From a virus (lineage: Duplodnaviria > Heunggongvirae > Uroviricota > Caudoviricetes): a DNA stretch of 46,809 bases. Under the pieces are notes generated by a model. The model saw only the letters and a list, made by a program, of their open reading frames with translations, was not told the DNA's origin and did not search any database. Numbering within the stretch: position 1 is the first letter of the stretch; each line of letters begins with the position of its first letter. The stretch lies in the IMG/VR virus record IMGVR_UViG_2531839193_000010; one strand, written 5' to 3'. A program made the translations under genes and the position numbers. Positions 17,507 through 27,480 of the stretch are shown here, one piece after another.

Positions 17507-17797
17507 TGCTTTAAATAGGGTAATAGAGATGCTGAATCTCATTACGGGATTCATGTTAGTTTACTTATTATTTATCGGGTGACTTTGTTTTTTGCCTGAT
17601 GTTTAAAATGTTTTCTTCCAGTACAATGTCCATAGATACAATGAGTCTGCTTATTACATTATTAGCAGAGCTATTAAGGTCAAAGTACAGCATAAGCTTT
17701 TAAAGCCAATCAACCAGTCATCAAGACAGACGGGTTTATTCATGAAAACTCTCCATGTTTGATTCGATGGGGCTTGAAGTTAAAGCTTTAATATAGC

Positions 17798-18010
17798 TCA
17801 TGAAAGGTAAACATTGGCAGCTGATGGTCCACGCAGACCATTTATCCGGCAAAATTCCACGCGTAATCCGGTGGTAATTTCTTCTGCATCACGGAGATTG
17901 AGCGCTGAAACATGAAGCTGGACATCGATACGACCATCGGATGGGGTTATAAGACCTTTGCCGCTTTTGCCGTCAAAGGTTTTGAGAATTCCTGTCATTT
18001 TACGGGACAA
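17798..18010 (-). CDS. Cold-shock-domain protein (CspF/CspH-like)
   Basis: 70-aa ORF with CSD fold signature ([17 protein letters not shown]...) but divergent RNA-binding motifs, as in the CspF/H subfamily. Confidence 0.8.
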   Translation of the reverse strand: MSRKMTGILKTFDGKSGKGLITPSDGRIDVQLHVSALNLRDAEEITTGLRVEFCRINGLRGPSAANVYLS

Positions 18011-18310
18011 AAAAATTCCTTAATACTGATAACTTGGCGCACTATACACACGTTCCTGAAGAAAGCTATAGTTTTTTGATGGGGTTGAAGATGGCTGGAT
18101 GTCTAAAATAAACATTGCTTCATATGTTCAACTATGCGTTAATGATTGCGTCGGTTTGAAGAACAGACGATATACGAAGTAGTTTACTAAAGCAGTTCTC
18201 ATTTCAGGTGTTATTCACTTATTCCTTCTTTGAGTCTCTCCAATTAAGTACGAAGTCGTTTCTGTTATACAAGCCATTTATGCCGAAAGGCTCAAGTTAA
18301 GGAATGTAGA

Positions 18311-18526
18311 ATGTCAAATAAAATGACTGGTTTAGTAAAATGGTTTAACGCTGATAAAGGTTTTGGCTTTATTTCTCCTGTTGATGGTAGTAAAGATGTG
18401 TTTGTGCATTTTTCTGCGATTCAGAATGATAATTATCGAACCTTATTTGAAGGACAAAAGGTTACCTTCTCTGTAGAGAGTGGTGCTAAAGGTCCAGCAG
18501 CAGCAAATGTCATCATTACTGATTAA
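18311..18526 (+). CDS. Cold shock protein (CspB-like)
   Basis: 71-aa [41 protein letters not shown]... with canonical RNP1/RNP2 motifs; long AT-rich 5' leader. Confidence 0.85.
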   Translation: MSNKMTGLVKWFNADKGFGFISPVDGSKDVFVHFSAIQNDNYRTLFEGQKVTFSVESGAKGPAAANVIITD

Positions 18527-18808
18527 AATTCATAGTTTGTCTGTATACGATAACGAAGAAGGCTGATGCCTGAGTGGAGATACAGACAGAGTGGTGAATA
18601 TTGGATCTCTTTAATAAATAGTAAGGAGGTCCAATACATGAAACAATGGCCAGCATATTTGGCAATAACTTAATCAGGAAAAGTATGCTAACCATTGTGG
18701 TGAAGTGCAGGTTTGCTGCATGAATAGTTTTACAGCAGAAGCTAACTGCTGGCATAGCAAAACAAAGTGCGTAAGTGGATGACTCCCACAAAAAGCACCA
18801 CAATATTA

Positions 18809-18831
18809 AACCCGCTCAGGCGGGTTTTTTA
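18809..18831 (+). terminator. Rho-independent terminator (A-run upstream, T-run downstream; possibly bidirectional)
   Basis: ACCCGC/GCGGGU stem with UCAG loop followed by T6. Confidence 0.55.
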
Positions 18832-18889
18832 TTATCTGCTTTAAATATGTTATTAAAATATAAAAAATACTTGTTACGAATAAAATCAA

Positions 18890-19060
18890 TCAAGCTACAG
18901 CTTTAAGATTTGTCTGGAATACTTTGTTGCAATGAGGGCAGATCAAAAGGGCACCTTTTTGTACTCTTGAAAAACTGTGTTCTGACTCTTGGGTGCAGTT
19001 TGGGCAGGAACATTTAACGAGATAATTACGGCGTGACTTTGAGTCTTTACGTTCTGACAT
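18890..19060 (-). CDS. Small C4 zinc-ribbon protein
   Basis: Start at the internal ATG (19058-19060) with AGGA 8 nt upstream; CSCPNC...CPHC motif. Confidence 0.4.
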   Translation of the reverse strand: MSERKDSKSRRNYLVKCSCPNCTQESEHSFSRVQKGALLICPHCNKVFQTNLKAVA

Positions 19061-19278
19061 AGGCTTTTCCTGTATAAATGGCCGTATACAGTACACTAAA
19101 TATGAAAACATATCTCGTATTATTATTTAATACATGATTTTCTTTTAAAATAATTACCCACATTTTTAATGTGTCTGTTTTTTAGCGCCGTTGAGAACAA
19201 CGTTTGCTATAAAAACTACCCCATAGACTCCGATCTTTTCAAACATATTGCACCATCTGTGTACATCGGGGTGAGGAT

Positions 19279-19494
19279 ATGAAATCAATGGATAAGTTAA
19301 CAACAGGTATCGCCTATGGCACATCGGCTGGTAATGCTGGTTTCTGGGCATTGCAGTTACTCGATAAAGTAACTCCGTCACAGTGGGCTGCAATCGGTGT
19401 GCTGGGTAGTCTGGTATTTGGCTTGCTGACGTACCTGACAAACCTTTATTTCAAGATTAAAGAAGACAAGCGTAAGGCTGCGAGAGGTGAATAA
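19279..19494 (+). CDS. Holin (phage-21 S-type, class II pinholin-like)
   Basis: 71-aa ORF closely resembling the phage 21 holin as recalled ([10 protein letters not shown]...[11 protein letters not shown]...[11 protein letters not shown]); overlaps the endolysin start. Confidence 0.8.
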   Translation: MKSMDKLTTGIAYGTSAGNAGFWALQLLDKVTPSQWAAIGVLGSLVFGLLTYLTNLYFKIKEDKRKAARGE

Positions 19495-19991
19495 TGCCTC
19501 CATCATTACGAAAAGCTGTTGCAGCTGCTATTGGTGGCGGGGCTATTGCTATAGCATCTGTGCTAATCACTGGCCCAAGTGGTAACGATGGTCTGGAGGG
19601 TGTGAGACATAATCCTTACAAAGACATAGTTGGTGTATGGACTGTATGTTACGGGCATACAGGAAAAGACATCATTCCCGGTAAAACGTATACCGAAGCA
19701 GAGTGCAAAGCCCTCCTGAATAAAGACCTTGCCACTGTCGTCAGACAAATTAACCCGTACATCAAAGTCGATATACCGGAAACAACGCGCGGCGCTCTTT
19801 ACTCATTCGTTTACAACGTGGGTGCTGGCAATTTCAGAACATCGACGCTTCTTCGCAAAATAAACCAGAGCGATATCAAAGGCGCATGTGATCAGCTACG
19901 TCGCTGGACATATGCTGGCGGTAAGCAATGGAAAGGTCTCATGACTCGTCGTGAGATTGAGCGTGAAATCTGTTTGTGGGGTCAGCAATGA
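19494..19991 (+). CDS. SAR endolysin (lysozyme, phage-21 R-type)
   Basis: 165-aa ORF with N-terminal signal-anchor-release segment ([18 protein letters not shown]) and lysozyme catalytic region. Confidence 0.85.
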   Translation: MPPSLRKAVAAAIGGGAIAIASVLITGPSGNDGLEGVRHNPYKDIVGVWTVCYGHTGKDIIPGKTYTEAECKALLNKDLATVVRQINPYIKVDIPETTRGALYSFVYNVGAGNFRTSTLLRKINQSDIKGACDQLRRWTYAGGKQWKGLMTRREIEREICLWGQQ

Positions 19992-20448
19992 ACAGAGTAA
20001 CCGCGATTATCTCCGCTCTGGTTATCTGCATTATCGTCTGCCTGTCATGGGCTGTTAATCATTACCGTGATAACGCCATTACCTACAAAGCCCAGCGCGA
20101 CAAAAATGCCAAAGAACTGAAGCTGGCGAACGCGGCAATTACTGACATGCAGATGCGTCAGCGTGATGTTGCTGCGCTCGATGCAAAATACACGAAGGAG
20201 TTAGCTGATGCGAAAGCTGAAAATGATGCTCTGCGTGATGATGTTGCCGCTGGTCGTCGTCGGTTGCACATCAAAGCAGTCTGTCAGTCAGTGCGTGAAG
20301 CCACCACCGCCTCCGGCGTGGATAATGCAGCCTCCCCCGACTGGCAGACACCGCTGAACGGGATTATTTCACCCTCAGAGAGAGGCTGATCACGATGCAA
20401 AAACAACTGGAAGGAACCCAGAAGTATATTAATGAGCAGTGCAGATAG
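19976..20448 (+). pseudogene. Rz-like i-spanin with -1 nt frameshift; embedded Rz1-like o-spanin (ATG 20208, lipobox VVGC) also affected
   Basis: The ORF reads Rz-like until AASP, then continues in what is normally the Rz1 frame ([17 protein letters not shown]). The Rz1-frame ORF (20208-20357) loses that C-terminus. One added C in the C5 run at 20334-20338 restores both. Confidence 0.55.
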
Positions 20449-20479
20449 AGCTGCCCATATCGATGGGCAACTCATGCAA

Positions 20480-20773
20480 TTATTGTGAGCAATACACACG
20501 CGCTTCCAGCGGAGTATAAATGCCTAAAGTAATAAAACCGAGCAATCCATTTACGAATGTTTGCTGGGTTTCTGTTTTAACAACATTTTCTGCGCCGCCA
20601 CAAATTTTGGCTGCATCAACAGTTTTCTCCTGTCCAATTCCCGAAACGAAGAAGTGATGGGTGATGGTTTCCTTTGGTGTTACTGCTGTCGGTTTGTTTC
20701 CAACAGTAAACGTCTGTTGAGCACATCCTGTAATAAGCATTGCCAGAGCGGCAGAAAACAACATTTTTTTCAT
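20480..20773 (-). CDS. bor: Bor lipoprotein (serum-resistance lipoprotein)
   Basis: Start at the ATG at 20771-20773 (MKKMLFSAALAMLITGC... lipobox); near-identical to lambda Bor as recalled. Confidence 0.8.
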   Translation of the reverse strand: MKKMLFSAALAMLITGCAQQTFTVGNKPTAVTPKETITHHFFVSGIGQEKTVDAAKICGGAENVVKTETQQTFVNGLLGFITLGIYTPLEARVYCSQ

Positions 20774-20910
20774 CTTATTATCCTGCATTGTTAAAAACGG
20801 CAGAATCCTATGTGACAACTAGACTGGCCCCCTGAATCTCCAGACAACCAGTATCACTTAAATAAGTGATAGTCTTAATACTAGTTTTTAGACTAGTCAT
20901 TGGAGTACAG

Positions 20911-21276
20911 ATGATTGATGTCTTAGGGCCGGAGAAACGCAGACGGCGTACCACACAGGAAAAGATCGCAATTGTTCAGCAGAGCTTTGAACCGGGGATG
21001 ACGGTCTCCCTCGTTGCCCGGCAACATGGTGTAGCAGCCAGCCAGTTATTTCTCTGGCGTAAGCAATACCAGGAAGGAAGTCTTACTGCTGTCGCCGCCG
21101 GAGAACAGGTTGTTCCTGCCTCTGAACTTGCTGCCGCCATGAAGCAGATTAAAGAACTCCAGCGCCTGCTCGGCAAGAAAACGATGGAAAATGAACTCCT
21201 CAAAGAAGCCGTTGAATATGGACGGACAAAAAAGTGGATAGCGCACGCGCCCTTATTGCCCGGGGATGGGGAGTAA
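20911..21276 (+). CDS. insC: IS2 OrfA (InsC) transposase HTH subunit
   Basis: 121 aa, [26 protein letters not shown]...; A6G slippery motif at 21228-21234 near the 3' end for OrfAB frameshifting. Confidence 0.85.
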
Positions 21277-22139
21277 GCTTAGTCAGCCGTTGTCTCCGGG
21301 TGTCGCGTGCGCAGTTGCACGTCATTCTCAGACGAACCGATGACTGGATGGATGGCCGCCGCAGTCGTCACACTGATGATACGGATGTGCTTCTCCGTAT
21401 ACACCATGTTATCGGAGAGCTGCCCACGTATGGTTATCGTCGGGTATGGGCGCTGCTTCGCAGACAGGCAGAACTTGATGGTATGCCTGCGATCAATGCC
21501 AAACGTGTTTACCGGATCATGCGCCAGAATGCGCTGTTGCTTGAGCGAAAACCTGCTGTACCGCCATCGAAACGGGCACATACAGGCAGAGTGGCCGTGA
21601 AAGAAAGCAATCAGCGATGGTGCTCTGACGGGTTCGAGTTCTGCTGTGATAACGGAGAGAGACTGCGTGTCACGTTCGCGCTGGACTGCTGTGATCGTGA
21701 GGCACTGCACTGGGCGGTGACTACCGGCGGCTTCAACAGTGAAACAGTACAGGACGTCATGCTGGGAGCGGTGGAACGCCGCTTCGGCAACGATCTTCCG
21801 TCGTCTCCAGTGGAGTGGCTGACGGATAATGGTTCATGCTACCGGGCTAATGAAACACGCCAGTTCGCCCGGATGTTGGGACTTGAACCGAAGAACACGG
21901 CGGTGCGGAGTCCGGAGAGTAACGGAATAGCAGAGAGCTTCGTGAAAACGATAAAGCGTGACTACATCAGTATCATGCCCAAACCAGACGGGTTAACGGC
22001 AGCAAAGAACCTTGCAGAGGCGTTCGAGCATTATAACGAATGGCATCCGCATAGTGCGCTGGGTTATCGCTCGCCACGGGAATATCTGCGGCAGCGGGCT
22101 TGTAATGGGTTAAGTGATAACAGATGTCTGGAAATATAG
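21234..22139 (+). CDS. insD: IS2 OrfB (InsD) transposase catalytic subunit (expressed as OrfAB fusion by -1 frameshift)
   Basis: 301-aa ORF with integrase-core DDE region; matches IS2 InsD as recalled. Confidence 0.85.
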
Positions 22140-22965
22140 GGGCAAATCCAACAACAATTAAACGATAGTTAAATGGATTGATGAAAATTAAAACTATATA
22201 GGTGTACGGTCAGACTATTGGAGGTAGTCTGGATTTGAATGTCAGTGTGTTGTCGGCATTATGGCAATGCAATTTGGATAAAGCGGGGATTAAAAAGATA
22301 GAGGCGAGCCGGTCAGGTAGAAATGAATCAGGCTCAAAGTGAAGCGGAAAAGGTCTGTGGCACAAACTGATGCTGCCATAATTACAGCCTGATGACTTAT
22401 GGAATGAAACATGTTGAACCTCCTTAATTGATGTTATTCGAGTGAGGAAGGCATTCTGTCCTCCTATACTGTCCAGTAAATCAAACAGGAAGCTTGTCTC
22501 ACGTGTGAGACAAGCCTCTCCATTAGCGAGTTGTATTGATCACAACTCTTCAAAGAATTCATTACTGGGTAGATGAAAATAGTTTCACGATGAATGGAGG
22601 AGGCTATGTTGGTGGCTTCTTCATTGGAGTACATATGCCCCCACGAACCCCAAAAACCTGCCGTGTTCGCGGCTACCGCAATACCACCACAGATCCGTCA
22701 GGCTATTGCAAAAGCCACAAAAGCGAAGGCTGGAAGCAATACAAGCCGGGCCAGTCCTGTCATCAGCGCGGTTATGGTTCGCGGGGTTGTCCCTCATGCT
22801 CGCCAGTCCTGTGCGGGGGGGGGAAGAAACAGGACACTCACACAGATTTTTGTGGGTCGATGCTATTCCTTTCTGGATTATCCCGATGCCATTCATGCAA
22901 GGGCTGTATCAGACGTTCGTCATGGCTGTCAGGCTGACGGGTCCTCCCGGTGGGGGGGCCTGCCA

Positions 22966-22985
22966 CGGGGCGGGAGCGTCGCGGA
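22966..22985. other. Candidate cos site (cosN-like), about 170-190 bp upstream of the small terminase gene
   Basis: ACGGGGCGGGAGCGTCGCGG resembles the lambda cohesive-end junction (...TTACG|GGGCGGCGACCTCGCGG) as recalled; upstream GACGGGTCCT also resembles the lambda right end. Confidence 0.4.
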
Positions 22986-23153
22986 AAAAGGCTAGTTTTT
23001 GAAATTTCATTCGTCATCACCACTACTGTAATGGATTGATATTACAGTGGTTTTATTTTTGTAGTGTCGATTTTGATTGTTTTTTGTTCATCACTGACAC
23101 CGTTTGCCTAAAGTTGTTCGCAAGATGCATGTTTAAAACATTCTGGAGCGGGT

Positions 23154-23648
23154 ATGGATCGAGAGTTAAAAAATCTGACGCTTAATATCAGTCAACTGGC
23201 GGCACTGTCAGGTGTACATCGCCAGACTGCTGCGGCAAGGCTGCAAAATCTACCCGTTGCAGGGGGGCATGAAAGCAACCTCAAGCTTTATCGGGTGGTT
23301 GATATTGTGTCGGCATTTCTGGCATTACCACCGCCGGTTGCAGAAGGCGAAATGGACGCGCATGAGCGCAAAGCCTGGTATCAGTCTGAACGTGAGCGTC
23401 TTAAGTTCGAACAGGAAACGGCACAACTCATTCCGGCCAGTGATGTCAGACGGGAGTTTGCCATCTGGGCAAAAGCGGTCGTGCAGGTGCTGGAGACATT
23501 ACCGGATATTCTTGAACGTGACTGCGGTCTGCAGCCTGCCGCTGTGAGCCGTGTTCAGTCCATTATTGATGATCTGCGCGATCAGATAGCCCTGCGGGTG
23601 ACTGAAGCAGGTGCGGATGATGAGGAGGAATTACAGCAGGAGGAGTAA
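23154..23648 (+). CDS. Terminase small subunit (Nu1-like, N-terminal HTH)
   Basis: 164-aa ORF just downstream of the cos-like site; HTH segment LNISQLAALSGVHRQTAAARL; acidic C-terminus; stop/start overlap with the large subunit. Confidence 0.7.
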   Translation: MDRELKNLTLNISQLAALSGVHRQTAAARLQNLPVAGGHESNLKLYRVVDIVSAFLALPPPVAEGEMDAHERKAWYQSERERLKFEQETAQLIPASDVRREFAIWAKAVVQVLETLPDILERDCGLQPAAVSRVQSIIDDLRDQIALRVTEAGADDEEELQQEE

Positions 23649-25750
23649 TGCTGAATCAGGAAACCGCAAAGGCAGCACGAACCGATTCAGGTTATATCCT
23701 TCGCGCACCGAGACGAATGCGGGTTGCTGATGCCGTTGCTCAGTATATGCGGGTGCCCATGGGGGCCGGGAACTCAGTCCCGTGGGATCCGCTGGTGGCA
23801 CCGTATGTTATTGAGCCGATGAACTGCCTGGCCTCGCGTGAATACGACGCAGTGATATTTGTTGGCCCGGCACGAACCGGCAAGACTATCGGCCTGATTG
23901 ACGGCTGGGTGATTTACAACGTGATTTGCGATCCTGCTGATATGCTGATCATTCAGATGACGGAGGAAAAAGCCCGCGAACACTCCAAAAAACGACTCGC
24001 CAGAACGTTTCGCGTCAGCCCGGAAGTGGTCAGTCGCCTGAGTCCGAACAAAAATGACAACAACGTTTATGACAGAACATTCCTTGCTGGCAACTACCTG
24101 AAAATCGGCTGGCCGTCAGTCAATATCATGTCCTCATCAGATTATAAATGCGTCGCGCTGACGGATTATGACCGGTTTCCGGAAGATATTGATGGCGAGG
24201 GGGATGCCTTCTCTCTTGCCTCAAAACGTACCACCACATTTATGTCCAGCGGTATGACGTTGGTGGAGAGTTCCCCCGGCAGGGATGTGAAGGATGTGAA
24301 ATGGCGACGGACTTCACCGCATGAGGCTCCACCAACCACGGGGATCCTGTCGCTCTATAACCGTGGTGATCGCCGTCGCTGGTACTGGCCCTGTCCACAC
24401 TGTGGTGAGTATTTTCAGCCCTGCGGCGATGTGGTTGCTGGTTTCCGTGATATTGCCGATCCCGTGCTGGCAAGTGAGGCGGCTTATATTCAGTGTCCTT
24501 CCTGTTCAGGACGGATTATGCCTGAACAAAAACGTGAGCTGAACGGACGTGGGGTCTGGTTGCGGGATGGTGAATCCATCAATGCGGATGGCAGTCGTTA
24601 TGGTGATCCCCGACGCTCACGTATTGCGTCATTCTGGATGGAGGGTCCGGCAGCTGCTTACCAGACACTCTCGCAACTCGTTTACAAACTGCTTACTGCA
24701 GAACAGGAATACGAGACAACCGGAAGTGAAGAAACACTCAAGACGGTTATCAATACCGACTGGGGATTACCTTATCTTCCCCGCGCCAGCATGGAGCAAC
24801 GAAAAAGTGAACTGCTTGAGCAGCGGGCAGAGCCAGTTCTTTCCCGCAGTGTGCCGGATGGCGTTAATTTCCTTGTGGCGACAGTGGATGTGCAGGCGGG
24901 ACGTCATCGCCGTTTTGTGGTTCAGGTAACGGGCTATGGCAGCCGTGGCGAACGCTGGATTATTGATCGTTACAACATCACGCAGTCATTGCGCGGTGAC
25001 AGCGACGGGGAGAGCCAGCGAATTGATCCGGCCAGCTATCCGGAAGACTGGGATGTCCTGCTGACGGATGTTTTTCATAAAAGCTGGCCGCTGGCCTCCA
25101 ATCCTTCTCAACAAATGCGACTGATGGCAATGGCGGTGGACTCCGGCGGTGAAGACGGGGTCACTGATAATGCCTATAAATTCTGGCGTCGTTGCCGTCG
25201 TGATGGCCTTGGTAAACGTATTTACCTGTTTAAGGGCGACAGCATCCGGCGCGCAAAACTGATCACCCGTACATTCCCTGATAACACCGGACGAACGGGC
25301 CGACGGGCGCAGGCCGCAGGTGATGTGCCGCTCTGGCTTCTTCAGACGGATGCACTGAAAGACCGGGTGAATAACGCGTTATGGCGTGACTCGCCAGGTC
25401 CCGGCTATGTGCATTTCCCTGACTGGCTGGGGAGCTGGTTTTACGACGAACTGACGTATGAAGAGCGGAGCAGTGACGGGAAATGGAGTAAGCCGGGTCG
25501 CGGTGCCAACGAAGCTTTTGACCTGATGGTGTATGCCGAGGCTCTGGTCATTCTGCATGGATACGAAAAGATCCGCTGGCCGGATGCACCGGAGTGGGCG
25601 AGCCGGGAAACCTGGCTGGAGTGTGTCCAGGACAGTACCGAACCGTCATCCTCACCGGAACCGGTATCCACGCCTGTTAAAAAACAAAAACGGAAGAAAA
25701 CAGTAACTGATGATGTTAACCCCTGGCTGACTTCCGGAGGATGGTTATGA
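23648..25750 (+). CDS. Terminase large subunit (GpA family)
   Basis: 700-aa ORF; ATPase region and zinc-finger-like CPHCGEYF...CPSC segment reminiscent of lambda gpA. Confidence 0.9.
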   Translation: MLNQETAKAARTDSGYILRAPRRMRVADAVAQYMRVPMGAGNSVPWDPLVAPYVIEPMNCLASREYDAVIFVGPARTGKTIGLIDGWVIYNVICDPADMLIIQMTEEKAREHSKKRLARTFRVSPEVVSRLSPNKNDNNVYDRTFLAGNYLKIGWPSVNIMSSSDYKCVALTDYDRFPEDIDGEGDAFSLASKRTTTFMSSGMTLVESSPGRDVKDVKWRRTSPHEAPPTTGILSLYNRGDRRRWYWPCPHCGEYFQPCGDVVAGFRDIADPVLASEAAYIQCPSCSGRIMPEQKRELNGRGVWLRDGESINADGSRYGDPRRSRIASFWMEGPAAAYQTLSQLVYKLLTAEQEYETTGSEETLKTVINTDWGLPYLPRASMEQRKSELLEQRAEPVLSRSVPDGVNFLVATVDVQAGRHRRFVVQVTGYGSRGERWIIDRYNITQSLRGDSDGESQRIDPASYPEDWDVLLTDVFHKSWPLASNPSQQMRLMAMAVDSGGEDGVTDNAYKFWRRCRRDGLGKRIYLFKGDSIRRAKLITRTFPDNTGRTGRRAQAAGDVPLWLLQTDALKDRVNNALWRDSPGPGYVHFPDWLGSWFYDELTYEERSSDGKWSKPGRGANEAFDLMVYAEALVILHGYEKIRWPDAPEWASRETWLECVQDSTEPSSSPEPVSTPVKKQKRKKTVTDDVNPWLTSGGWL

Positions 25751-25959
25751 ACCAGAATGATATCGAAGCCATGATTCAGCGTTATATGGAAGCTGAAATG
25801 GCGGTGCTGGACGGAAAATCCGTCACCTTTAATGGTCAGCAGATGACCATGGAAAACTTATCTGAGATCCGGCAGGGACGGCAGGAGTGGGAGCGCCGCC
25901 TTGCGGCTCTGATTACACGACGACGGGGGCATCCCGGGTACCGGCTGGCGAGGTTCTGA
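25741..25959 (+). CDS. Head-tail joining protein (gpW-like)
   Basis: 72-aa ORF between terminase and portal; C-terminal RRRGHPGY resembles the lambda W tail (RRRGPAGF). Confidence 0.6.
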   Translation: MVMNQNDIEAMIQRYMEAEMAVLDGKSVTFNGQQMTMENLSEIRQGRQEWERRLAALITRRRGHPGYRLARF

Positions 25960-27467
25960 TGGCAATTCTTGATGATGTGATTGGCGTTTTTTCACCTGGA
26001 TGGAAAGCGGCAAGGCTGCGTTCCCGTGCGGTGATCCAGGCTTATGAAGCCGTAAAAACGACGCGGACACACAAAGCCCGACGGGAGAACCGAACTGCCG
26101 ACCAGCTAAGCCAGTACGGGGCCGTGTCGTTACGTGAGCAGGCCCGTTACCTTGATAACAACCACGATCTGGTTATTGGTGTATTTGACAAGCTGGAAGA
26201 ACGGGTGGTGGGGAAAAACGGGATTATTGTCGAGCCACATCCGGTATTACGCAATGGGGCCATTGCCCGTGATCTGGCAGCGGAGATTCGCACCCGATGG
26301 AGTGAATGGTCTGTCAGCCCGGAAGTCACCGGGCAGTTTACCCGTCCGATGCTGGAACGTCTGATGCTGCGTACCTGGCTGCGCGATGGTGAGGTGTTTG
26401 CCCAGATGGTTTCCGGGCGCATAAACAGCCTGACGCCTTCTGCCGGTGTTCATTTCTGGCTGGAGGCGCTCGAGCCAGACTTTATTCCCATGACCAGTGA
26501 TGAGAGCAACAGGCTGAATCAGGGCGTGTTTGTTGATGACTGGGGGCGTCCCGAAAAATATCTGGTGTATAAAAGCCGTCCCGTATCCGGACGGCAGATG
26601 GAAACCAAAGAAGTGGATGCAGAGCGAATGCTGCATCTTAAATTTGTTCGCCGTCTGCACCAGATGCGCGGGACGTCTTTGTTGTCCGGTGTGCTGATCC
26701 GCCTCAGTGCCCTGAAAGATTATGAAGATTATGAGCTGACTGCAGCAAGGATCGCCGCTGCTCTGGGGATGTACATCCGCAAAGGCGACGGGCAGAGCTA
26801 TGAACCGGATGGTAATGGCAGCAAGGATAAGGAACGCGAGCTTACCATTCAGCCAGGCATTATTTACGACGATCTGAAACCCGGCGAAGAAATCGGAATG
26901 GTGAAGTCGGATCGCCCCAATCCTAACCTTGAAACTTTTCGTAATGGTCAGTTACGTGCCGTGGCGGCGGGCAGTCGTCTGAGTTTTTCCAGTACAGCGC
27001 GCAACTATAACGGCACTTACAGCGCCCAGCGTCAGGAGCTGGTTGAATCCACTGATGGCTACCTGATCCTGCAGGACTGGTTTATTGGTGCTGTCACCCG
27101 CCCGATGTATCGTGCCTGGCTGAAACAGGCTGTGGCATCCGGTGTTATCAGGCTACCCCGCGATCTTGACCGTTCTTCACTGTATACCGCGGTGTATTCC
27201 GGACCGGTGATGCCGTGGATTGACCCTGTTAAGGAGGCTGAGGCCTGGAAAATCCAGATTCGTGGTGGAGCGGCGACAGAATCAGACTGGGTACGTGCTG
27301 GTGGTCGTAATCCGGATGATGTCAAACGTCGGCGCAAGGCCGAAATTGATGAAAACCGCAAACTGGATCTGGTATTTGATACCGATCCGGCCAGTGATAA
27401 AGGAGGCAGCAGTGCCGCAACGAAACGACAGGAGCCGCAGCACACCGACGACCAGTCCGAAGAATAA
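25959..27467 (+). CDS. Portal protein
   Basis: Start reassigned to the ATG at 25959 (TGATG overlap with the W-like stop); 502 aa; position and size typical of lambda-family portals. Confidence 0.85.
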   Translation: MAILDDVIGVFSPGWKAARLRSRAVIQAYEAVKTTRTHKARRENRTADQLSQYGAVSLREQARYLDNNHDLVIGVFDKLEERVVGKNGIIVEPHPVLRNGAIARDLAAEIRTRWSEWSVSPEVTGQFTRPMLERLMLRTWLRDGEVFAQMVSGRINSLTPSAGVHFWLEALEPDFIPMTSDESNRLNQGVFVDDWGRPEKYLVYKSRPVSGRQMETKEVDAERMLHLKFVRRLHQMRGTSLLSGVLIRLSALKDYEDYELTAARIAAALGMYIRKGDGQSYEPDGNGSKDKERELTIQPGIIYDDLKPGEEIGMVKSDRPNPNLETFRNGQLRAVAAGSRLSFSSTARNYNGTYSAQRQELVESTDGYLILQDWFIGAVTRPMYRAWLKQAVASGVIRLPRDLDRSSLYTAVYSGPVMPWIDPVKEAEAWKIQIRGGAATESDWVRAGGRNPDDVKRRRKAEIDENRKLDLVFDTDPASDKGGSSAATKRQEPQHTDDQSEE

Positions 27468-27480
27468 TTCCTGGTTCAGG

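Larger units (their letters stand above)
20820..22150 (+). mobile_element. IS2 insertion sequence (IS3 family), 1331 bp, with 5-bp target-site duplication ACAAC
   Basis: Characteristic IS2 ends (TAGACTGGCCCCCTGAATCTCC... / ...GGGGCAAATCCA); ACAAC at 20815-20819 and 22151-22155; internal insC/insD ORFs. Confidence 0.9.

Noticed and set aside
22536-23023. Five overlapping ~60-130-aa ORFs on both strands between IS2 and the small terminase gene
   Set aside because: All frames are open because the region is GC-rich with G-runs; none reads like protein and the segment resembles the lambda right-end/cos region.
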